A stretch of 64,000 nucleotides of DNA. Source: Octopus sinensis. Its lineage: Eukaryota. Below are positions 60,859-64,000 of the stretch, piece by piece; position 1 is the stretch's first letter; every line of letters begins with the position of its first letter. Where the stretch lies: NCBI RefSeq assembly GCF_006345805.1, contig NC_042997.1:140802001-140866000 (forward strand). Direction: 5' to 3'. The notes beneath the pieces are model-generated. The model was not told the origin of the DNA and searched no databases. It saw nothing but the letters and a program-made list of their open reading frames with translations. Both the position numbers and the translations under genes were made by a program.

Positions 60859-62679
60859 AAAGTCATACTAATATTACATATACCAAAGTAATGGTTTGGC
60901 ACAATTATTAGAGCCTTGCAAGAAATATCTTGCAGTATTCTTTTTTCTACATTCTATAGGTAGAGGACTCCAAAAGGGGTCTCAAGGAGTAGCGTCTCTG
61001 CCTTCCTGAGCTAGTTTTCCACCACATTTCTTAAAAATCTTAGTAGAGGCCTTGGTCTTGGGACCACTCATGTCTAGAAACTGAGGTTAGGGATAAGCAG
61101 CGGCATACTTCCCATAGAAAATCCAGCTCCAAAAAAGCTTTATGATAGCAAGGCAGAATGGGCACCAGCCAGCACAAAGGTTGAGGTGGGCTGCACCTGT
61201 CTGCCTCAGTTGCTATGCCATTGAGGTAGATCTGGCCACCCCCTGGTAACAGGGACAAAACCTGGATTTAAAACACTGGATGATGATGATGAAGATGAGG
61301 AAGTTCAAATCCTGCTAATGTCAACTTTGTCATTTGTCTCTCCAGTCAACTTCTGGGATTGATTTAATTGACTAACCCCACCTTTGAAATTTCACATCTT
61401 GTGCCTATCTTAGAGACTGTTATTACATCATCATCAATCCTCTGAACATCACTGTCTTGAATCCTAGGATTCAAAGGGCTCATTGCCTGGTTTCTATTCT
61501 ATAACATATAAGAACCTGAGCTCACAACATTCCTCCTGAATGGGATGCCAGTTTGTAGCAGGGTTACCTACTTACAGCTGAGTGGACTGATGCAGTATGA
61601 AGTGAAGTGTTTTGCTCAAGGACACTTTGCATCACCTGGTCTGGACATCAAAAACACGGTTGTGCAACCACGAGTGCAACATCATCACCATTAAGCCACA
61701 TGCTTCCTCCTCCTCCTCCTCCTCACCACCACCACCATCATTTAACGTCCGTTGTTCATGCTGGCATGGTTTGGATGGTTTGACCAGGACTGGTAAGCTG
61801 GAGGGCTGCACCAGACTCCAGTCTGGTTTAGCATGGTTTTCTATGGCTGGATGCTCTTCCTAACACCAACCCCTCCGAGAGTTTAATAGGTACTTTTACA
61901 TGCCATTGGCATGGGTGCCATTTGCATGACACTAGTATCTGCAACAACTGTGGTTTTACTTGGCTTGATGGATCTTCTTCACAAGCACGACATAATGCCA
62001 AAGATTTCGGTCATTTGTCATTGCCTCTGTGAGGCCCAACACTCAGTTCATACTAATATTACATATACCAAAGTAATGGTTTGGCACAATCATTAGAGCC
62101 TTGCAAGAAATACCTTGCAGTATTTTTACTGTTTTTTTTCTTTCTTTCTACAGTCTGAAGTTCAAATCATGATAATGTCAACTTTGTCATTTGTCTCTCC
62201 AGGGTCTATCGACTAAAGTACCAGTCAACTTCTGGGGCATTGATTTAAATGACTAACCCCCACTTTTGAATTTTATTTCACCCCTTGTGCTTATCTTAGA
62301 GACTATTATTACATTATCATCCACCAGCATTGGCCACTTTGCCTCTGTGAGGCCCATTATTAATATACCTACTATTTTGCTTTTACTTATACCAATATTG
62401 TACTCTAACTTATACCAACTCTTCTATAACATATCAAAGGCACAATCACAACTCTATAACTTATACCTACTATGATAATATAATTTATACCAAGCATAAT
62501 GCTGTGATTTTTCTGAATCATGGCAGTAAAATTTATAAATATAGAATACTGTAATTTATATAAACCTTTTTAATACTTATGTGATCTGTAGTACTGTAAC
62601 TTATATTAACCATTGTAAAAGCTCTGTTGTCATTCACATGAGAATATCCTTTGGCAACATGCACCATTTGTTTTTCTTT

Positions 62680-62907
62680 TTAACCCTTTAGCATTCAGAT
62701 TATCTTATAAAATGTAACATTTATTTATTCACATTGTTTTGAATTTATCTTGCTTTATCATGTAGCTGTGAGATTACAAGTATGTGACTGTATATTTTTT
62801 AGACTGACATTGTGGGATAGATGTTAAATGCCTGATCTGGCCAGTTTGAACATCAAACAGAAGAATATTTTGGTTGGATGGGGCTTGTTTAAATACTAAA
62901 GGGTGAA
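62680..62907. mobile_element. TTAA MITE family 1, uninterrupted copy
   Basis: TTAACCCTTTAGCATT ... AATACTAAAGGGTGAA. Confidence 0.75.
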
Positions 62908-64000
62908 ATCCCTCACTCCCAATGGAGCATTGGCCATAAACAATTTTTGTCTCCTGTTCACAATTCTGGGCTGTCTTTTCTGCTTCCCTTAGTAAATGAT
63001 TTCCTTTCCTGATCTTTGTTTTGAATTGTCATCAATGTGTCTGCTCTTCACAAACCTATTTTTACTACTTGGAACCATGGTCTATATCAGTCTGGCCTCT
63101 ATCCTTGACCTGTCCAGCACAAGATGCCCTACTAGGAGCTTGCACTCTGTTAGCATAGCTCTCAGGTGTATTGAGGCATACAGGCCACCACATCACAATG
63201 AAGACTAGACCTTGTGGTGGTAGCATGCACCATGTTTTCACTAATTGTTTTTGGTGTCTATGTACTTACATGCCGATATCGACATCCTCTTGGTTCCCTT
63301 CCCACCCTTGACACAGTGGAACATCCAGGTGATTTATATAGCATAATAAATGGTGTAACCCAGATGCTGTTATTGTAATATTTGTCTTTGTGGTGTTCTA
63401 GTATGACCTAAACTGTAATAAGAGCTTAAATGTTTCAAAGAAGGGTCAAGGATACAGAACTTAAATGTTTCAAAGAATTATTAAACCTTTCATTATTGTA
63501 TTGCTTATTTCTTTATTGCCCACAAGGGGCCAAACATAGAGGGGACAAACATGACAGACAAATGGATTAAGTCGATTACATCGACCCCAGTGTGTAACTG
63601 GTACTTAATTTATTGACCCCAAAAGGATGAAAGGCAAAGTCGACCTCGGCGGAATTTGAACTCAGAACGTAAGTAAAGACGGACGAAAGCCCGTTAAGCA
63701 TTTCGCCCGGCGATCTAACGTTTCTGCCAGCTCGATTTCTGTTGAAATAAATTGCCTTTGTTTCAAATAATTTTGAAAATAACAAAGAATTTAATGTAGC
63801 TGTTAAGCTGCTGCAAGGCAGCAAGCTGGCAGAATCATTAGCACACTGGGCAAAATGTCTAGCAGCATTTCCTCTGACTTTACATTCTGAGAGTTCAAAT
63901 TCTGCTGAAGTCAGCTTTGCTATTCATCCTCTTGGGGACAATAAATTAAGTACCAGTTAAGCACTGGCAGCCATGTAATTGACTTGCTCCCCCCTCACAA

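Noticed and set aside
62130-62215. Strong acceptor (ttttctttctttctacAG) as paladin exon 13
   Set aside because: Downstream sequence is SINE-derived, closes at a stop and lacks the expected xLREE motif; exon 13 must lie beyond the window.

Overview
AT-rich, microsatellite- and SINE-dense eukaryotic DNA. The repeat landscape looks like an Octopus (cephalopod) genome, which is an inference from repeat families recalled from memory, not a database hit. The window holds the 5' part of one + strand gene, a paladin (PALD1)-like tandem phosphatase-fold protein. I assembled it by hand from 12 GT-AG exons (21707-60400, 1482 nt, 494 codons) whose splice phases all chain in frame; the rest of the gene lies beyond 64000. 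The most notable feature is that the first phosphatase P-loop reads KDKRDER rather than CX5R, so domain 1 appears to be a pseudophosphatase. Nearly everything else is intronic or intergenic repeat: several tRNA-head SINE families, (GAT)n-tailed RTE-like 3' ends, R4/Dong-like LINE ends stacked in (TAA)n tracts, RTE, mariner and CR1-like relics, TTAA (piggyBac-like) and TA-TSD MITEs, and a 2.2-kb TIR element. Unexplained structures include an 86-nt near-perfect intronic hairpin, a 161-bp fold-back palindrome and a 93-bp templated insertion inside a mariner relic. Almost all ORFs in the supplied track are microsatellite or repeat artefacts. Repeat boundaries are read by eye and are approximate unless a TSD or TIR is quoted.
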